The translations under genes and the position numbers were made by a program. The notes beneath the pieces are model-generated. The model made no database searches. It saw only the letters and a program-made list of their open reading frames with translations, and was not told the DNA's origin. Positions 46,848 to 57,779 of a DNA stretch of 64,000 nt are shown piece by piece. Position 1 is the first letter of the stretch; every line of letters begins with the position of its first letter. Origin of the DNA: Dehalococcoidia bacterium (GTDB lineage: Bacteria > Chloroflexota > Dehalococcoidia > GIF9 > AB-539-J10); assembly GCA_030602785.1 (NCBI GenBank), contig JAUVZB010000001.1:63843-127842 (forward strand). The letters run 5' to 3'.

Positions 46848-48527
46848 TTGCGACAATTTATGGATACTGACGCCAGGACCCACCGTGTTTCTACCAGCGA
46901 TGATGTCGAGGTATCCACATATCTTGGCATCGCCCAGGCATTGCAGGGTGAAGAGCCAATCCCCCAGGATACGACTCCCCTGAGTGGGCGCGAAGCAATC
47001 GTCATACTCGACTTCGGATCGCAGTACAGCATGCTGATAGCACGCCGTATCCGCGAGTGCCACGTATACTGCGAAGTGTTGCCACACGACACGCCGTGGG
47101 AAAAGATCGAGCCTTTGAACCCCCGTGGATTCATTCTATCCGGTGGTCCCGCCAGCGTGTACTCGCAGGACGCGCCGCTGCCGCCAACCTATGTCTATGA
47201 AAAGCATCTTCCGGTTCTCGGCATCTGCTACGGGATGCAGGCCATTGCACATCAGCTCGGCGGGCAGGTCTCTCCCGGAGAGAACCACGAGTACGGGCAT
47301 GCCGTGCTCCATCTCGATGCGGGGGACTCGCCACTGTTCTCAGGACTTCCACCGTCGGGCCCGGTGTGGATGAGTCACGGTGATGTTGTGAGCGAACTGC
47401 CTCCCGGCTTCCGGGCACTCGCATATACGGAGAATTCGCCGCTCGCCGTTATCGGAAACACCGACGACATCTACGGACTGCAGTTCCATCCCGAGGTGAC
47501 ACACACACCACAGGGACGGCAAATCATCGAGAACTTCGCGTACAAAGTGTGCGGCTGCAGCGGCAATTGGACGCCTGCCCGGTTCATCAATGAGAGCGTC
47601 GACCGTATCCGCGAACAGGTGAAGGACGGCAAGGTCGTCTGCGCCCTGTCAGGTGGTGTCGACTCGGCTGTCACCGCAATGCTCATCCACCGGGCGATAG
47701 GCGACAATCTCACCTGTATCTTCATCAACAACGGACTGCTGCGCAGAGAAGAACCCGAGCGGGTTCTCAATACCTTCCACAACAATCTGAATGTCCGGGT
47801 GATTTTTGTCGACGCCACCGACCGATTCCTGCGCGGGCTAAGCGGGGTTGTCGACCCGGAGCAGAAGCGTCGCATCATCGGTGAGGAGTTCATTCACGTA
47901 TTCGAGGAGGAGGCCGACAAACTCGGCGCAGTGGACTTCCTTGCACAGGGCACGGTGTATCCGGACGTTATCGAGAGCAGCAGTTCCCCTGAACACGAGG
48001 CTTCAGCCCGAATCAAGAGCCACCACAACGTGGGTGGATTGCCGGCCCTGATGAAGCTGAACCTCGTTGAGCCGCTGAGATACCTCTTCAAGGATGAAGT
48101 TCGCGAGGTCGGTCTGGGTCTCGGGTTGCCCGAAGAAATGGTGTGGCGTCAACCCTTCCCCGGGCCTGGTCTGTCTATTCGTGTGATAGGCGAGGTGACG
48201 AAAGAACGTCTCGATATTCTCCGTTCGGCAGACTGGATCGTCATGAACGAGGTGAAGAATGCCAATCTCTATGGACAGCTGTGGCAGAGTTTTGCTGTCC
48301 TGACGGATGTCAGAAGCGTGGGAGTCATGGGCGACTTCAGAACTTACGGATACCTCATCGCGGTGCGTGCTGTGAACAGCACGGACGCGATGACTGCTGA
48401 TTGGGCGCGTTTGCCCTACGAGTTGCTCGACAGGATCTCGCACCGCATCGTCAACGAAGTTCCACACGTGAACAGGGTCGTCTACGACATCACCAGCAAA
48501 CCCCCCTCAACCATCGAATGGGAGTGA
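46848..48527 (+). CDS. guaA: GMP synthase (glutamine-hydrolysing)
   Basis: GATase domain ([28 protein letters not shown]), ATP-PPase SGGVDS motif and a C-terminal dimerisation domain. The true start may be downstream of 46848. Confidence 0.9.
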   Translation: MRQFMDTDARTHRVSTSDDVEVSTYLGIAQALQGEEPIPQDTTPLSGREAIVILDFGSQYSMLIARRIRECHVYCEVLPHDTPWEKIEPLNPRGFILSGGPASVYSQDAPLPPTYVYEKHLPVLGICYGMQAIAHQLGGQVSPGENHEYGHAVLHLDAGDSPLFSGLPPSGPVWMSHGDVVSELPPGFRALAYTENSPLAVIGNTDDIYGLQFHPEVTHTPQGRQIIENFAYKVCGCSGNWTPARFINESVDRIREQVKDGKVVCALSGGVDSAVTAMLIHRAIGDNLTCIFINNGLLRREEPERVLNTFHNNLNVRVIFVDATDRFLRGLSGVVDPEQKRRIIGEEFIHVFEEEADKLGAVDFLAQGTVYPDVIESSSSPEHEASARIKSHHNVGGLPALMKLNLVEPLRYLFKDEVREVGLGLGLPEEMVWRQPFPGPGLSIRVIGEVTKERLDILRSADWIVMNEVKNANLYGQLWQSFAVLTDVRSVGVMGDFRTYGYLIAVRAVNSTDAMTADWARLPYELLDRISHRIVNEVPHVNRVVYDITSKPPSTIEWE

Positions 48528-48633
48528 GCGGTCAGGTCGGGTGTGTGAACCAATCTCAATGCAAACCGTTCGGCTTCCCATTTCTACGCTCCGGGATTAC
48601 CATGCAGTCCCCTGCTGATAGGAGCATCAACCC

Positions 48634-49899
48634 GTGAAGATACTGGTGGTCGGCGGCGGAGGCCGAGAGCACGCACTCGTCTGGAAACTGGCGCAGAGCA
48701 ACCGCGTGGAACAGCTGTTCGCGGCACCAGGGAACGCGGGCACCGCACGACTCGTCGAGAACATCCCGCTTGCCGCTACGGACATCGACGGGCTCGTGAA
48801 AGCAGCAACGACAAGGAAGTGCGACCTGGTTGTCGTTGGCCCCGAGGTTCCTCTGGCGATGGGGGCGATAGACAGTCTCCATGAGGCAGGGATTCCTGCC
48901 TTCGGCCCCTCTCGCGCGGCGGCGCGGCTCGAAGCAAGCAAGACGTTCGCCCATGAAATCATGAAGAAATGCAACGTGCCGGCTGCGGAGTTTCGCTCTT
49001 TCGACTCTTTCGTTGAGGCACGCGACTATGTGGCTCAACTCAGCTTCCCGGTTGTGGTGAAGGCAGACGGACTGGCTGCGGGCAAAGGGGCGATTGTGGT
49101 GGAGTCGTTTGCCGAGGCGGAGACCGCGCTGCGGGACATGATGGAGCGCCGTGTCTTCGGAGAGGCAGGCGACAGGGTGGTCATCGAGGAGTTCCTTGAA
49201 GGCAGGGAGGTCAGCCTGCTCGCGTTCACGGACGGCGTGAACGTGGCCCCCATGGTTCCCGTCTGCGATTGCAAGAGAGCTTTCGACAACGACGAAGGAC
49301 CGAACACGGGAGGCATGGGCTGTTACAGTCCCCCCTGTTTCTTCGACAGCGGTCTCGTACGAGAGGCGACGGACACCGTGCTGCTGCCCGTGGTCCGCGC
49401 CATGGCGGATGAGGGTTGGGACTACCGGGGAGTGATATACGCAGGCTTGATGGTGAGTGAGAAAGGCATCCGCGTGCTCGAATTCAATGTGCGTTTTGGA
49501 GACCCCGAGACGCAGGTGATAGTGCCGAGACTCGAGAGTGACCTGGCGGAGATACTCCTCAGCTGTGTTGAGGGCAGACTTGAGCCCGCAGCCATCCGGT
49601 GGACGGACCGTTGCAGCGTAGGTGTCGTTCTGGCCTCCGGGGGCTACCCGGGCCCCTACCGGGACGGTGTCCCGATATCCGGTCTTGACAGCAATGACGC
49701 AGATGTCGCCCTGTTTCATGCAGGCACCGCACTGAACGACAATCTTGGCACGGTGACACATGGTGGGCGAGTGCTGGCAGTGGTTGCGACAGGAGACGGC
49801 ATAGCCGACGCGCGGAACCGTGTTTACCGCAATGTGGCCCGTGTATCCTTCCCGGGTATGATGTATCGTAGTGATATCGCCTTGAGAGAGGTTGCGTAG
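48634..49899 (+). CDS. purD: phosphoribosylamine--glycine ligase
   Basis: MKILVVGGGGREHALVWKLAQS. Confidence 0.9.
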   Translation: MKILVVGGGGREHALVWKLAQSNRVEQLFAAPGNAGTARLVENIPLAATDIDGLVKAATTRKCDLVVVGPEVPLAMGAIDSLHEAGIPAFGPSRAAARLEASKTFAHEIMKKCNVPAAEFRSFDSFVEARDYVAQLSFPVVVKADGLAAGKGAIVVESFAEAETALRDMMERRVFGEAGDRVVIEEFLEGREVSLLAFTDGVNVAPMVPVCDCKRAFDNDEGPNTGGMGCYSPPCFFDSGLVREATDTVLLPVVRAMADEGWDYRGVIYAGLMVSEKGIRVLEFNVRFGDPETQVIVPRLESDLAEILLSCVEGRLEPAAIRWTDRCSVGVVLASGGYPGPYRDGVPISGLDSNDADVALFHAGTALNDNLGTVTHGGRVLAVVATGDGIADARNRVYRNVARVSFPGMMYRSDIALREVA

Positions 49900-50361
49900 A
49901 TGGAGCCGATGATAGGAATCGTCATAGGAAGCGTGAACGACAAGGAACTCGTGGCCCCCGCCTTGCAGGTGCTCGAAGATTTCGGGGTGAAGCACGAGGT
50001 CTCCGTTATCTCAGCGCACCGCACTGCCGAGAAGGCACGCTCATACGCCCAGGCGGCCGAGGAGCGTGGCGTTGAAGTGCTGATAGCCGCCGCGGGCTAC
50101 GCGGCGCATCTTCCGGGTGTGCTTGCGAGCTGGAGCGCGCTGCCGGTTATCGGAGTTCCGCTGCCCACCAGCGAACTAAAGGGAATCGATTCCCTCCTCT
50201 CCATTGTGCAGATGCCGGGCGGTGTGCCTGTCGCCTGCACAGGCATAGGAAAGAGCGGCGCTAAGAACGCCGCGCTGATGGCCATCCAGATACTCGCGGT
50301 GCGCGATGAGCGCCTGCGGGCCGCGTATCGCACCTACAGAGACAACTTGGCTGCGCAGTGA
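49900..50361 (+). CDS. purE: N5-carboxyaminoimidazole ribonucleotide mutase
   Basis: 153 aa, IGIVIGSVNDKELV...AAGYAAHLPGVLA. Confidence 0.9.
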   Translation: MEPMIGIVIGSVNDKELVAPALQVLEDFGVKHEVSVISAHRTAEKARSYAQAAEERGVEVLIAAAGYAAHLPGVLASWSALPVIGVPLPTSELKGIDSLLSIVQMPGGVPVACTGIGKSGAKNAALMAIQILAVRDERLRAAYRTYRDNLAAQ

Positions 50362-50368
50362 GGTTTGC

Positions 50369-51715
50369 ATGATTGAACGCTATTCCCGACCTGAGATGAA
50401 GGGCATCTGGTCGGACGAAAACAAATTCGACCTCTGGGTGAAGGTCGAGGTAGCCGCATGCGAGGCGTGGACTGAGCTCGGCCGGATCCCGGCTGACGAC
50501 ATGGTCAGGATTCGACAGGCCACCGTCAATCTGGACAGACTTGCCGAGATTCTCCAGGTCACGCACCACGACATGACGGCCTTTCTCGGATCGGTGGCGG
50601 AGAGTCTCGGTCCGGAATCGCGCTACATCCACTTCGGCCTCACCTCTTCAGACGTGATGGACACGGCGCTCAGCCTGCAACTGAAGGCCGCCGCCGCTGT
50701 CCTGCAGCAGGGAGTGGATGACCTTACGCTGGCGCTGAGGTCGCGCGCAATTGAGCACAAGCACACCATCATGATGGGGCGGACTCATGGCATACACGCC
50801 GAGCCGGTTACCTTCGGACTGAAGTTGGCCCTTTGGACCAAAGAGATGGAGCGCAACTCCGCGCGTCTCAAGCGAGCAACTGAAGCCGTGGCTGTCGGGA
50901 AGATATCAGGCGCCGTAGGCACCCACGCAACGGTGCCTCTCGAGGTGGAAGAGAGCGCGTGTCACAGGCTCGGACTTGGAGTGGCCGAGATATCGAGTCA
51001 GATTGTGCAGCGTGACCGGCACGCGGAGTTCCTCTGCACGCTCGCCATCATCGCCGGTTCTCTGGAGAAGTTCGCAACAGAGGTAAGAGGACTGCAGCGA
51101 ACCGAGGTCGGGGAAGTCGAGGAGCCTTTCGAGCCCGGGCAGACTGGCTCGTCGGCCATGCCCCACAAGAGAAACCCGGAGCTCTGCGAGCGCGTCTGCG
51201 GCTTGGCACGCCTCATCCGGGCGAACGCCATGGTGTCGATGGAGAATATCTCATTGTGGCACGAGAGGGATATCAGCCACTCATCCACGGAGCGAATCAT
51301 CCTGCCGGATTCGTGCCTTGCGCTCGACTATATGCTCGCCATATTCACCTCGGTGGTCGCCGGACTGCGCGTCGACACCGAACGGATGCGGTCGAATCTC
51401 GACATGACGCGCGGGCTGGTGTTCTCACAGAGAGTTCTCATAGCTCTGATAGACAAGGGGATGAGTCGCCAGGAATCTTACGAGGTGATTCAGCGATGCG
51501 CCATGCGCGCATGGCAGGATGGACAGGACTTCCGGGAGCTCCTACAGGCGGACCCCCATGTTGCTGCCATTCTGGAGAAAAAGGACTTTGACCACTTGTT
51601 CGACTATTCATACTACCTGCGAGAAATTGACCGCATTTTCGAGCGTGCCGGAGTGACCGGCAAGGCCGGGGTGACCACCGCGAACACGGAGAAACTCGCC
51701 CCGCGCTCGTATTGA
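50369..51715 (+). CDS. purB: adenylosuccinate lyase
   Basis: MIERYSRPEMKGIWSDENKF...; fumarase/ASL signature region (GSSAMPHKRNP). ATG at 50369. Confidence 0.9.
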   Translation: MIERYSRPEMKGIWSDENKFDLWVKVEVAACEAWTELGRIPADDMVRIRQATVNLDRLAEILQVTHHDMTAFLGSVAESLGPESRYIHFGLTSSDVMDTALSLQLKAAAAVLQQGVDDLTLALRSRAIEHKHTIMMGRTHGIHAEPVTFGLKLALWTKEMERNSARLKRATEAVAVGKISGAVGTHATVPLEVEESACHRLGLGVAEISSQIVQRDRHAEFLCTLAIIAGSLEKFATEVRGLQRTEVGEVEEPFEPGQTGSSAMPHKRNPELCERVCGLARLIRANAMVSMENISLWHERDISHSSTERIILPDSCLALDYMLAIFTSVVAGLRVDTERMRSNLDMTRGLVFSQRVLIALIDKGMSRQESYEVIQRCAMRAWQDGQDFRELLQADPHVAAILEKKDFDHLFDYSYYLREIDRIFERAGVTGKAGVTTANTEKLAPRSY

Positions 51716-51727
51716 GGAGAGAGAACT

Positions 51728-52624
51728 ATGGACGCTGTGATTGAGACGTCTCTGCCGCTCGCCCTGTATCAACGTGGCAAGGTCAGGGATGTGTACGACG
51801 TCGGGGACGAATTGCTCATTGTGTCCACGGACCGAATCTCGGCTTTCGATTTCGTCCTGCCCTCCGGGGTACCGGAGAAAGGTAGGATCCTCAACCGGAT
51901 GTCGGCCTTCTGGTTCCGGAAAACATCGGACCTGCTGCCGAATCACCTGGTTGAGTCAATAGAGGACACCGAGGCACTCGAAAGGTTCGGCTCAAGGTTG
52001 GGACTGAAGGACCCTCTGCCGGATTGCCTTGTCGGGCGTTCGATGGTTGCCAGGAAGGCGAGCCGCATCTCGGTCGAGTGCGTCGTGCGCGGGTATCTCT
52101 CCGGCTCGGCATGGGCGGAGTACAAGGCTCGCGGGACCGTGAGCAGCCAGAAGATGCCTGCGGGGCTGCGAGAGAGCGAGCGATTGCCGGAACCGCTGTT
52201 CACACCCACAACAAAGAGCGAGGCGGAACACGACCGGCCGCTCACACAGCAGGATGTCTCAGACTTGCAGTTGGAGGAGACGATGCCTGTCCTGGAAACG
52301 GCGACTCGCGCCATTTACGAATACGCCGTGGACTACGCCTGGAGCCGCGGAATTATCATTGCTGATACCAAATTCGAATTCGGATGGATAGACGGACAGC
52401 TTGTGCTCATCGACGAGGCCCTGACGCCCGACTCCAGCCGCTTCTGGACGGCCAAAGACTACGTTGTCGGCAAGCCCCAGCCGAGCTATGACAAGCAACC
52501 GGTGAGGGACTGGCTGGCTGGCTCAGGATGGAATGGTCAGGCGCCCGTCCCGCCTATGCCGCCCGAGGTTGTCGAGGCGACCACGAAGCGATACATGACC
52601 ATCTACCAGTGGCTCGCGGAGTAG
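51728..52624 (+). CDS. purC: phosphoribosylaminoimidazole-succinocarboxamide synthase
   Basis: LYQRGKVRDVY...VSTDRISAFD. Confidence 0.9.
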   Translation: MDAVIETSLPLALYQRGKVRDVYDVGDELLIVSTDRISAFDFVLPSGVPEKGRILNRMSAFWFRKTSDLLPNHLVESIEDTEALERFGSRLGLKDPLPDCLVGRSMVARKASRISVECVVRGYLSGSAWAEYKARGTVSSQKMPAGLRESERLPEPLFTPTTKSEAEHDRPLTQQDVSDLQLEETMPVLETATRAIYEYAVDYAWSRGIIIADTKFEFGWIDGQLVLIDEALTPDSSRFWTAKDYVVGKPQPSYDKQPVRDWLAGSGWNGQAPVPPMPPEVVEATTKRYMTIYQWLAE

Positions 52625-52667
52625 GCACAGCCGTCGGCGCCGAGCACCTTGGTCACCATCAGCCGGG

Positions 52668-53642
52668 TCAGTACGAGGCGTACCAGCCTTCTACAACTGA
52701 CGGCGCCGCTGTCTTCTTGTACCACGGAGTTCCATAGGCGTTGGCCAGCGCGGATATGAGGCGCAATCGCTGGACAACCGTTGTGCTGAAGAACTCAACT
52801 CGCTCTGCACGTGTCTTCATCGTGGTTGCTTCCTGCCACAAGGCGCGACCTGCGAGGAACCCTGACGCACCCGCCTTGCAGGCAATCTCGACCTCGCGCT
52901 GAAACCACGAGAAGTCGACCCCCGCGCTGAGAATTATCCACGGTGCCTGGCTTGCTTCGTCCAGTCGCTTGCAGAACTCGAACATCTTGTTCTCGTCCTT
53001 CTCGACCTTCACGTCGGCGGGGAACTCCGCCTTGAGCACATCAATGCCGAGCGGACTGATATCTCTGGCAGTCTGGATGACAATGTCTGGCTTGATGGCC
53101 GCGTAGCCTCCTGTTGACGCCTCATCGCCAAGAGGGTAACCCACCGGCTCCACGACGAAAGCAAGGTCCTGTGCGGCACAATCAGCGGCGAGCTTCCGGA
53201 CGAGGTCGAGTTGTCTCGGCGCAACATCCACCCCGGGCCGGTAGTACAGAAGCAGCTTCGCGCCATCGGCTCCCATGCGCCGGATCTTTGCTGCGCCCCA
53301 ATCAGAGAGTTCGCGGCTGATGCGTCCCTCAGCATCGCCCGCATAGCCGGTCTCTTCAAGCGACACAACCAGCCCTGAGCTGCCAGCCAACAATCCAGAA
53401 GCAATGGATTGGGCCGCTCCGAACAGCGGGTCCAGCAAGATGGCACTGCTCTCAGACGAAAGCGTGCGACAGATGTCGAGTTTGAAATCTACCATGTCCT
53501 GATAGGTCGGCTCTCTGTCCAGAACGCCTTTCAGCATCTTCTGCAGAGAGCCACGGTGGTCCAGGGCGCACATGCAGAGACGGCCTCGTTCATCCGCCAT
53601 GCGTTGCAGTCCGCGATACTTGCCTAACGATATTGTGTTCAC
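52668..53642 (-). CDS. class I aldolase of the LacD (tagatose-1,6-bisphosphate aldolase) family
   Basis: 324 aa. The N-terminus (LGKYRGLQRMADERGRLCMCALDHRGSL) follows the LacD pattern. Confidence 0.65.
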   Translation of the reverse strand: MNTISLGKYRGLQRMADERGRLCMCALDHRGSLQKMLKGVLDREPTYQDMVDFKLDICRTLSSESSAILLDPLFGAAQSIASGLLAGSSGLVVSLEETGYAGDAEGRISRELSDWGAAKIRRMGADGAKLLLYYRPGVDVAPRQLDLVRKLAADCAAQDLAFVVEPVGYPLGDEASTGGYAAIKPDIVIQTARDISPLGIDVLKAEFPADVKVEKDENKMFEFCKRLDEASQAPWIILSAGVDFSWFQREVEIACKAGASGFLAGRALWQEATTMKTRAERVEFFSTTVVQRLRLISALANAYGTPWYKKTAAPSVVEGWYASY

Positions 53643-53646
53643 TCAT

Positions 53647-54615
53647 TCACCTCGCTAGCGTTCTCATCAGGTGAAACATGTCCATGTCGAGTTCCTTCTG
53701 TTGTGACCAGGTGAGTTCGAAGGGAGTCTCAGCCACCTTTCCAGCCAGCTCGCCGACCATCACTCCGGTCCTGCCCTCAACCAGTGCCCGTACCGCTCCC
53801 GAACCAAGCTTGCTCGCAAGCAATCTGTCACGCGCTGTGGGTGCACCACCCCGCTGGACGTGCCCGATTACGCACACCCGGTAGTCCATTTCCAACTTTG
53901 TCCCGACGCGCTCCGCGATCTCGAATGCCCTGCCCGCGTCATCCCCCTCCGCTACCACAATAATACTCGCTCGTTTGCCCGCCTCAAACTGGGTGCGAAT
54001 ACTGGCGCAGAGCGCGTCAATGTCGGTTCGCACCTCAGGCACGAGAACTTCCTCCGCACCACCGGCAAGACCCACGTCCAGCGCGATGAAGCCCCGAGTC
54101 CGCCCCATCACTTCGACGAAGAACAGCCGCTGGTGAGCCTCGGCAGTGTCCCTGATGCGGTCAATGGCATCAAGGCCGGTGTTGACCGCGGTGTCGAATC
54201 CGATGGTGAAGTCCGTTCCGTACACATCATTGTCTATCGTTCCGGGAATGCCGACTACATGCACGTGTGTCAGCTCGGCCAGGGCCTGGGCCCCTCGAAA
54301 AGTACCGTCGCCGCCAATCGCCACGAGGCCGTCAAGAGATGCCTCTTCCAGGCTGTCGGCTCCCCGGCGAAGGCCTTCGGGGGTCTTCATCTCCTCGCAG
54401 CGCGCAGTCCCGAGGAGCGTGCCTCCGCGATGCAGGACGTTCGCGACTGAGCGCGGGCCAAGAGATACGAACTCGCGTTCGAGCAGACCGGCGTATCCGC
54501 GCCTTATGCCTATGACTTCGAGACCGTACGCCGAGCCGCAGCGAACCACGGCCCTGACCGCAGCATTCATGCCCGGGGCATCTCCACCACTAGTCAGTAC
54601 CGCTATGCGTTTCAT
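53647..54615 (-). CDS. pfkA: ATP-dependent 6-phosphofructokinase
   Basis: MKRIAVLTSGGDAPGMNAAVRAVV from the ATG at 54615; GGDGT and MGR motifs are present. Confidence 0.85.
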   Translation of the reverse strand: MKRIAVLTSGGDAPGMNAAVRAVVRCGSAYGLEVIGIRRGYAGLLEREFVSLGPRSVANVLHRGGTLLGTARCEEMKTPEGLRRGADSLEEASLDGLVAIGGDGTFRGAQALAELTHVHVVGIPGTIDNDVYGTDFTIGFDTAVNTGLDAIDRIRDTAEAHQRLFFVEVMGRTRGFIALDVGLAGGAEEVLVPEVRTDIDALCASIRTQFEAGKRASIIVVAEGDDAGRAFEIAERVGTKLEMDYRVCVIGHVQRGGAPTARDRLLASKLGSGAVRALVEGRTGVMVGELAGKVAETPFELTWSQQKELDMDMFHLMRTLAR

Positions 54616-54731
54616 GGCACTCGTCACCTCTAGTACAGACTAACACACCACAACGATAGAGTAGGAGGGAAGGGAAAGACCGGCCGAGGAAGACCAGGCA
54701 CGCTCGGCTGCGCTGCGGCCAAGAAGCGTGT

Positions 54732-55322
54732 TCAGCGCTCCAACACGCCTTTGGTGCTCGGCACTTCTCCCTTGCGTCTCACGTCCAGACGACACGCTTC
54801 ACAAAGCGCACGCGCAAGCGCCTTGAAGAGCGATTCGGCCTTGTGGTGGTCGTTCAGTCCGCAGTCGACTCTCGCGTGCAGGGACACTCTCGCCTCGACA
54901 GCAAAGGTCGTGAGGAAGTGGCGCACCAGGTCGCTTTCAAGGTCGTCGATAGCGGCTGTGGAGAAAGGCGCCACGACCACCGCTCCTCCCCTGCCGCTCA
55001 CGTCGAGGGCAACCATAGACAGCGCCTCATCCATGGGGACGAGTGCGTGAGACATGCGCACGATGCCTTCCTTGTCGCCGAGCGCCTCGTTCAGCGCCCT
55101 GCCCAGGCATATCGCGACGTCCTCGACGGTGTGATGCTGATCATCGCCACGCGCTGTAACCTTCAGGTCGAACATGCCGTGGCGTGCGAGCTGAGTCAGC
55201 AGGTGGTCGAACATGCGGACACCGCTGGCTATCTCCGACACACCGGTGCCATCGATATCCAGTTCGATGCGCACAGCCGTCTCGGACGTCTCGCGAACCA
55301 CAGTCGCCGTCCTATGCTTCAT
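54732..55322 (-). CDS. hisB: imidazoleglycerol-phosphate dehydratase
   Basis: VRETSETAVRIELDIDGTG...DQHHTVEDVAI. Overlaps the hisC end. Confidence 0.9.
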   Translation of the reverse strand: MKHRTATVVRETSETAVRIELDIDGTGVSEIASGVRMFDHLLTQLARHGMFDLKVTARGDDQHHTVEDVAICLGRALNEALGDKEGIVRMSHALVPMDEALSMVALDVSGRGGAVVVAPFSTAAIDDLESDLVRHFLTTFAVEARVSLHARVDCGLNDHHKAESLFKALARALCEACRLDVRRKGEVPSTKGVLER

Positions 55323-56424
55323 TCCACACCTCCTCAAGAGCAGCCAGAAGAGCATCCGTGTCCTCCGGCAATCCTGCACTAATCCGCAGACAGTCCCTGA
55401 GTCCCGGAGATTCGTAGAACCTCACGAGTATCCCCCTCTTTCGAAGGCCGTCTCTCAGGCGCTTCGCCGCCGTGGTGGTGCCGGCGCCGTCCTTCTCAGC
55501 TACTCTGCAGAGCAGGAAATTGGCCTGGGACGGAAATGGTTTCATCCAGGATAACTGCGATAGCTGCGCGAACAGCCTATCCCTCTCCCGCTTCAACTTC
55601 TCGACGTTACCGCGCAGGTACTCGACATCCTGAAGCGACGCGATGGCCGCAGCTTCACCAGCGACATTCACATTGTAGGGTTGCTTTATCTTCAGAAGAT
55701 ACGCAGCGATTCTCTCATGACACAGGGCATATCCTACCCGCAGCCCCGCGAGGCCGGCCCACTTGCTGAACGTGCGCAGCACTATGAGATTGGGGTTGTC
55801 AGGCACGAGAGCAGCGACGGAAGACTCACCGAATTCGTAGTATGCCTCATCAACCGCCACAACATGGCCCGCCCTCAGCAACTCGAGCACCTCATTCCTG
55901 GTAACGGTCCCGCCCGTGGGATTGTTTGGCGAGGCGATGAAGATCACCCGCGTCCTCTCGGTCACTGCCGAACGGAGCCCGTCGATGTCCAGATCGAAGT
56001 CAGCCACGCGGGGCACGTCAACAAGGGTTCCTCCACAGACGCTAACCGTGAATGGATACATACCGAATGTGGGTGGACAGTTGAGGACCTCCTCGCCCGG
56101 TCGCACAAATAGCCTGAGCACGAGGTCTATGAGGTCGTCGCTTCCGTTCCCGCAGACTATGCTCTCCTCGGGAAAGCCGGTGTAGCCGGATAGTGCCTGT
56201 CTCAGGTTCCTCTGAAGGGGGTCCGGATAGATGTGATAGTACGGGAAGCGGGCCAGGACTTCGCGCGCCCGGGGAGAACTCAGATACGGGTTCTCATTCC
56301 CGTCGAGTTTTATGATGCGCCTTCCGAGCTCCCTTTCGAGCACGTCAATCGGCTCGACGGGGTCATAGCCCCGCATCGCAGCAAGGCCGGGCCGCATCAG
56401 TTTCTCAACGCCGTCAATATCCAA
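55312..56424 (-). CDS. hisC: histidinol-phosphate aminotransferase
   Basis: 370 aa, LDGNENPY...TFSKWAGLAGLRVGY. Confidence 0.9.
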   Translation of the reverse strand: MDIDGVEKLMRPGLAAMRGYDPVEPIDVLERELGRRIIKLDGNENPYLSSPRAREVLARFPYYHIYPDPLQRNLRQALSGYTGFPEESIVCGNGSDDLIDLVLRLFVRPGEEVLNCPPTFGMYPFTVSVCGGTLVDVPRVADFDLDIDGLRSAVTERTRVIFIASPNNPTGGTVTRNEVLELLRAGHVVAVDEAYYEFGESSVAALVPDNPNLIVLRTFSKWAGLAGLRVGYALCHERIAAYLLKIKQPYNVNVAGEAAAIASLQDVEYLRGNVEKLKRERDRLFAQLSQLSWMKPFPSQANFLLCRVAEKDGAGTTTAAKRLRDGLRKRGILVRFYESPGLRDCLRISAGLPEDTDALLAALEEVWNEA

Positions 56425-56456
56425 GAGCTACACCTCGCTTGGCCGGTCGAGCGCCT

Positions 56457-57779
56457 CTATGCGCTGCCGAGTCGCTTCTCAATCGCACGGGCATGAGCCT
56501 CAAGTCCTTCTGCCCGCGCAATCGTGATAGCAGCAGGTCCGAGGTCGCACATTGTAGCACTGCTGAGATGGGCGATAGTGCTGAATTTGATGAAATCCTC
56601 GACGCCAAGCCCCGATGAGAAACGAGCGCTTCCACCCGTGGGCAGCACGTGACTGGGCCCGTCTATGTAGTCCGCCATGACGACCGGGGAATCGCCCCCG
56701 AGGCAGATGCATCCGGCGTTCCTGATGTCCTCCAGCAACTCGCGTGGCCGGGCCACCATGAGTTCCAGGTGCTCGGGCGCGAACTCGTCGCTGAGTGTGA
56801 CAGCCTCGTCGAGCGTGTCCACCACGGCAATCACGCCGCGTTTCACGGCTTCTTCCACCGCATCCTTTCGGGGCAACGAGCCGAGTTGCACGGCGAGCTC
56901 TTGAACCACGCGGTCCGCGAGGGCCGATGAGTTCGTCACCAGCACAACTGCCGCCTGCGGGTCGTGCTCTGCCTGAGCCAGGATATCTGCAGCGCAGTAC
57001 GCCGGAGATGCTGACTCATCTGCAATAATGAGCACTTCACTCGGGCCGGCCAGGCTGTCGATTGCCACAGCCCCGAATACCATCTGCTTCGCGAGAGTGA
57101 CGAACACGTTCCCGGGGCCACATATCTTGTCGACCCTGGGAACAGACTCCGTCCCATAAGCCAGCGCTGCTATGGCCTGCGCACCGCCCATGGCGAACAC
57201 GCGGTCCACGCCGGCGATATCGCAGGCGACCAGTATCACGGGCGAGACTTCACCCTGCGGTCCGGGAGGAGTCGCAACTACAATCTCGTCCACACCGGCG
57301 ACCTTCGCCGGCACCGCGGACATCAGGACAGACGAAGGATAGGAAGCTCTTCCCCCGGGCACGTACAGGCCAACGCGTTGAAGTGGAACGGCCTTTCGGC
57401 CCAGCTCAGCGCTGTAGAACGAAGTCCCGGCACCAAGCGCGCACGCCTCGTGAAAGCTCCGGATGCGGGACGCCGAGAGGCGCAGCGCAGCGATAAGCTT
57501 TTCATCAACCTGGGTGTAGGCAGACAATATCCTGCTACGGGGAATTTCGAGAGTGGGGACGTCGACCCCGGATATGAGCTTCCCGTACCGGGCAACCGCA
57601 CTATCACCGGCCGTCCTCACATCCGCGAGGATTCGCTCCACGACTTCAGCAGGGCTCAGAGGCTCGCCGAACGTGGTTCGTATGTTCTCGAGCAGGGATG
57701 GCTGTGCCTCGAGCGACTGCAGAGGATCGCTCCGCCGCAGAAGCCTCAAAGCACGGTCGAACCCGACAACGCGTTTCAC
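56457..57779 (-). CDS. hisD: histidinol dehydrogenase
   Basis: 440 aa. GTG start making a GTGA overlap with the hisG stop. Confidence 0.9.
   Translation of the reverse strand: MKRVVGFDRALRLLRRSDPLQSLEAQPSLLENIRTTFGEPLSPAEVVERILADVRTAGDSAVARYGKLISGVDVPTLEIPRSRILSAYTQVDEKLIAALRLSASRIRSFHEACALGAGTSFYSAELGRKAVPLQRVGLYVPGGRASYPSSVLMSAVPAKVAGVDEIVVATPPGPQGEVSPVILVACDIAGVDRVFAMGGAQAIAALAYGTESVPRVDKICGPGNVFVTLAKQMVFGAVAIDSLAGPSEVLIIADESASPAYCAADILAQAEHDPQAAVVLVTNSSALADRVVQELAVQLGSLPRKDAVEEAVKRGVIAVVDTLDEAVTLSDEFAPEHLELMVARPRELLEDIRNAGCICLGGDSPVVMADYIDGPSHVLPTGGSARFSSGLGVEDFIKFSTIAHLSSATMCDLGPAAITIARAEGLEAHARAIEKRLGSA

Noticed and set aside
46357-47134. ORFs in the guaA upstream intergenic region (46357-46833 +, 46529-47134 -)
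   Set aside because: No SD, no recognisable domains, and composition consistent with random GC-rich ORFs. The minus one is antisense to the guaA N-terminus.
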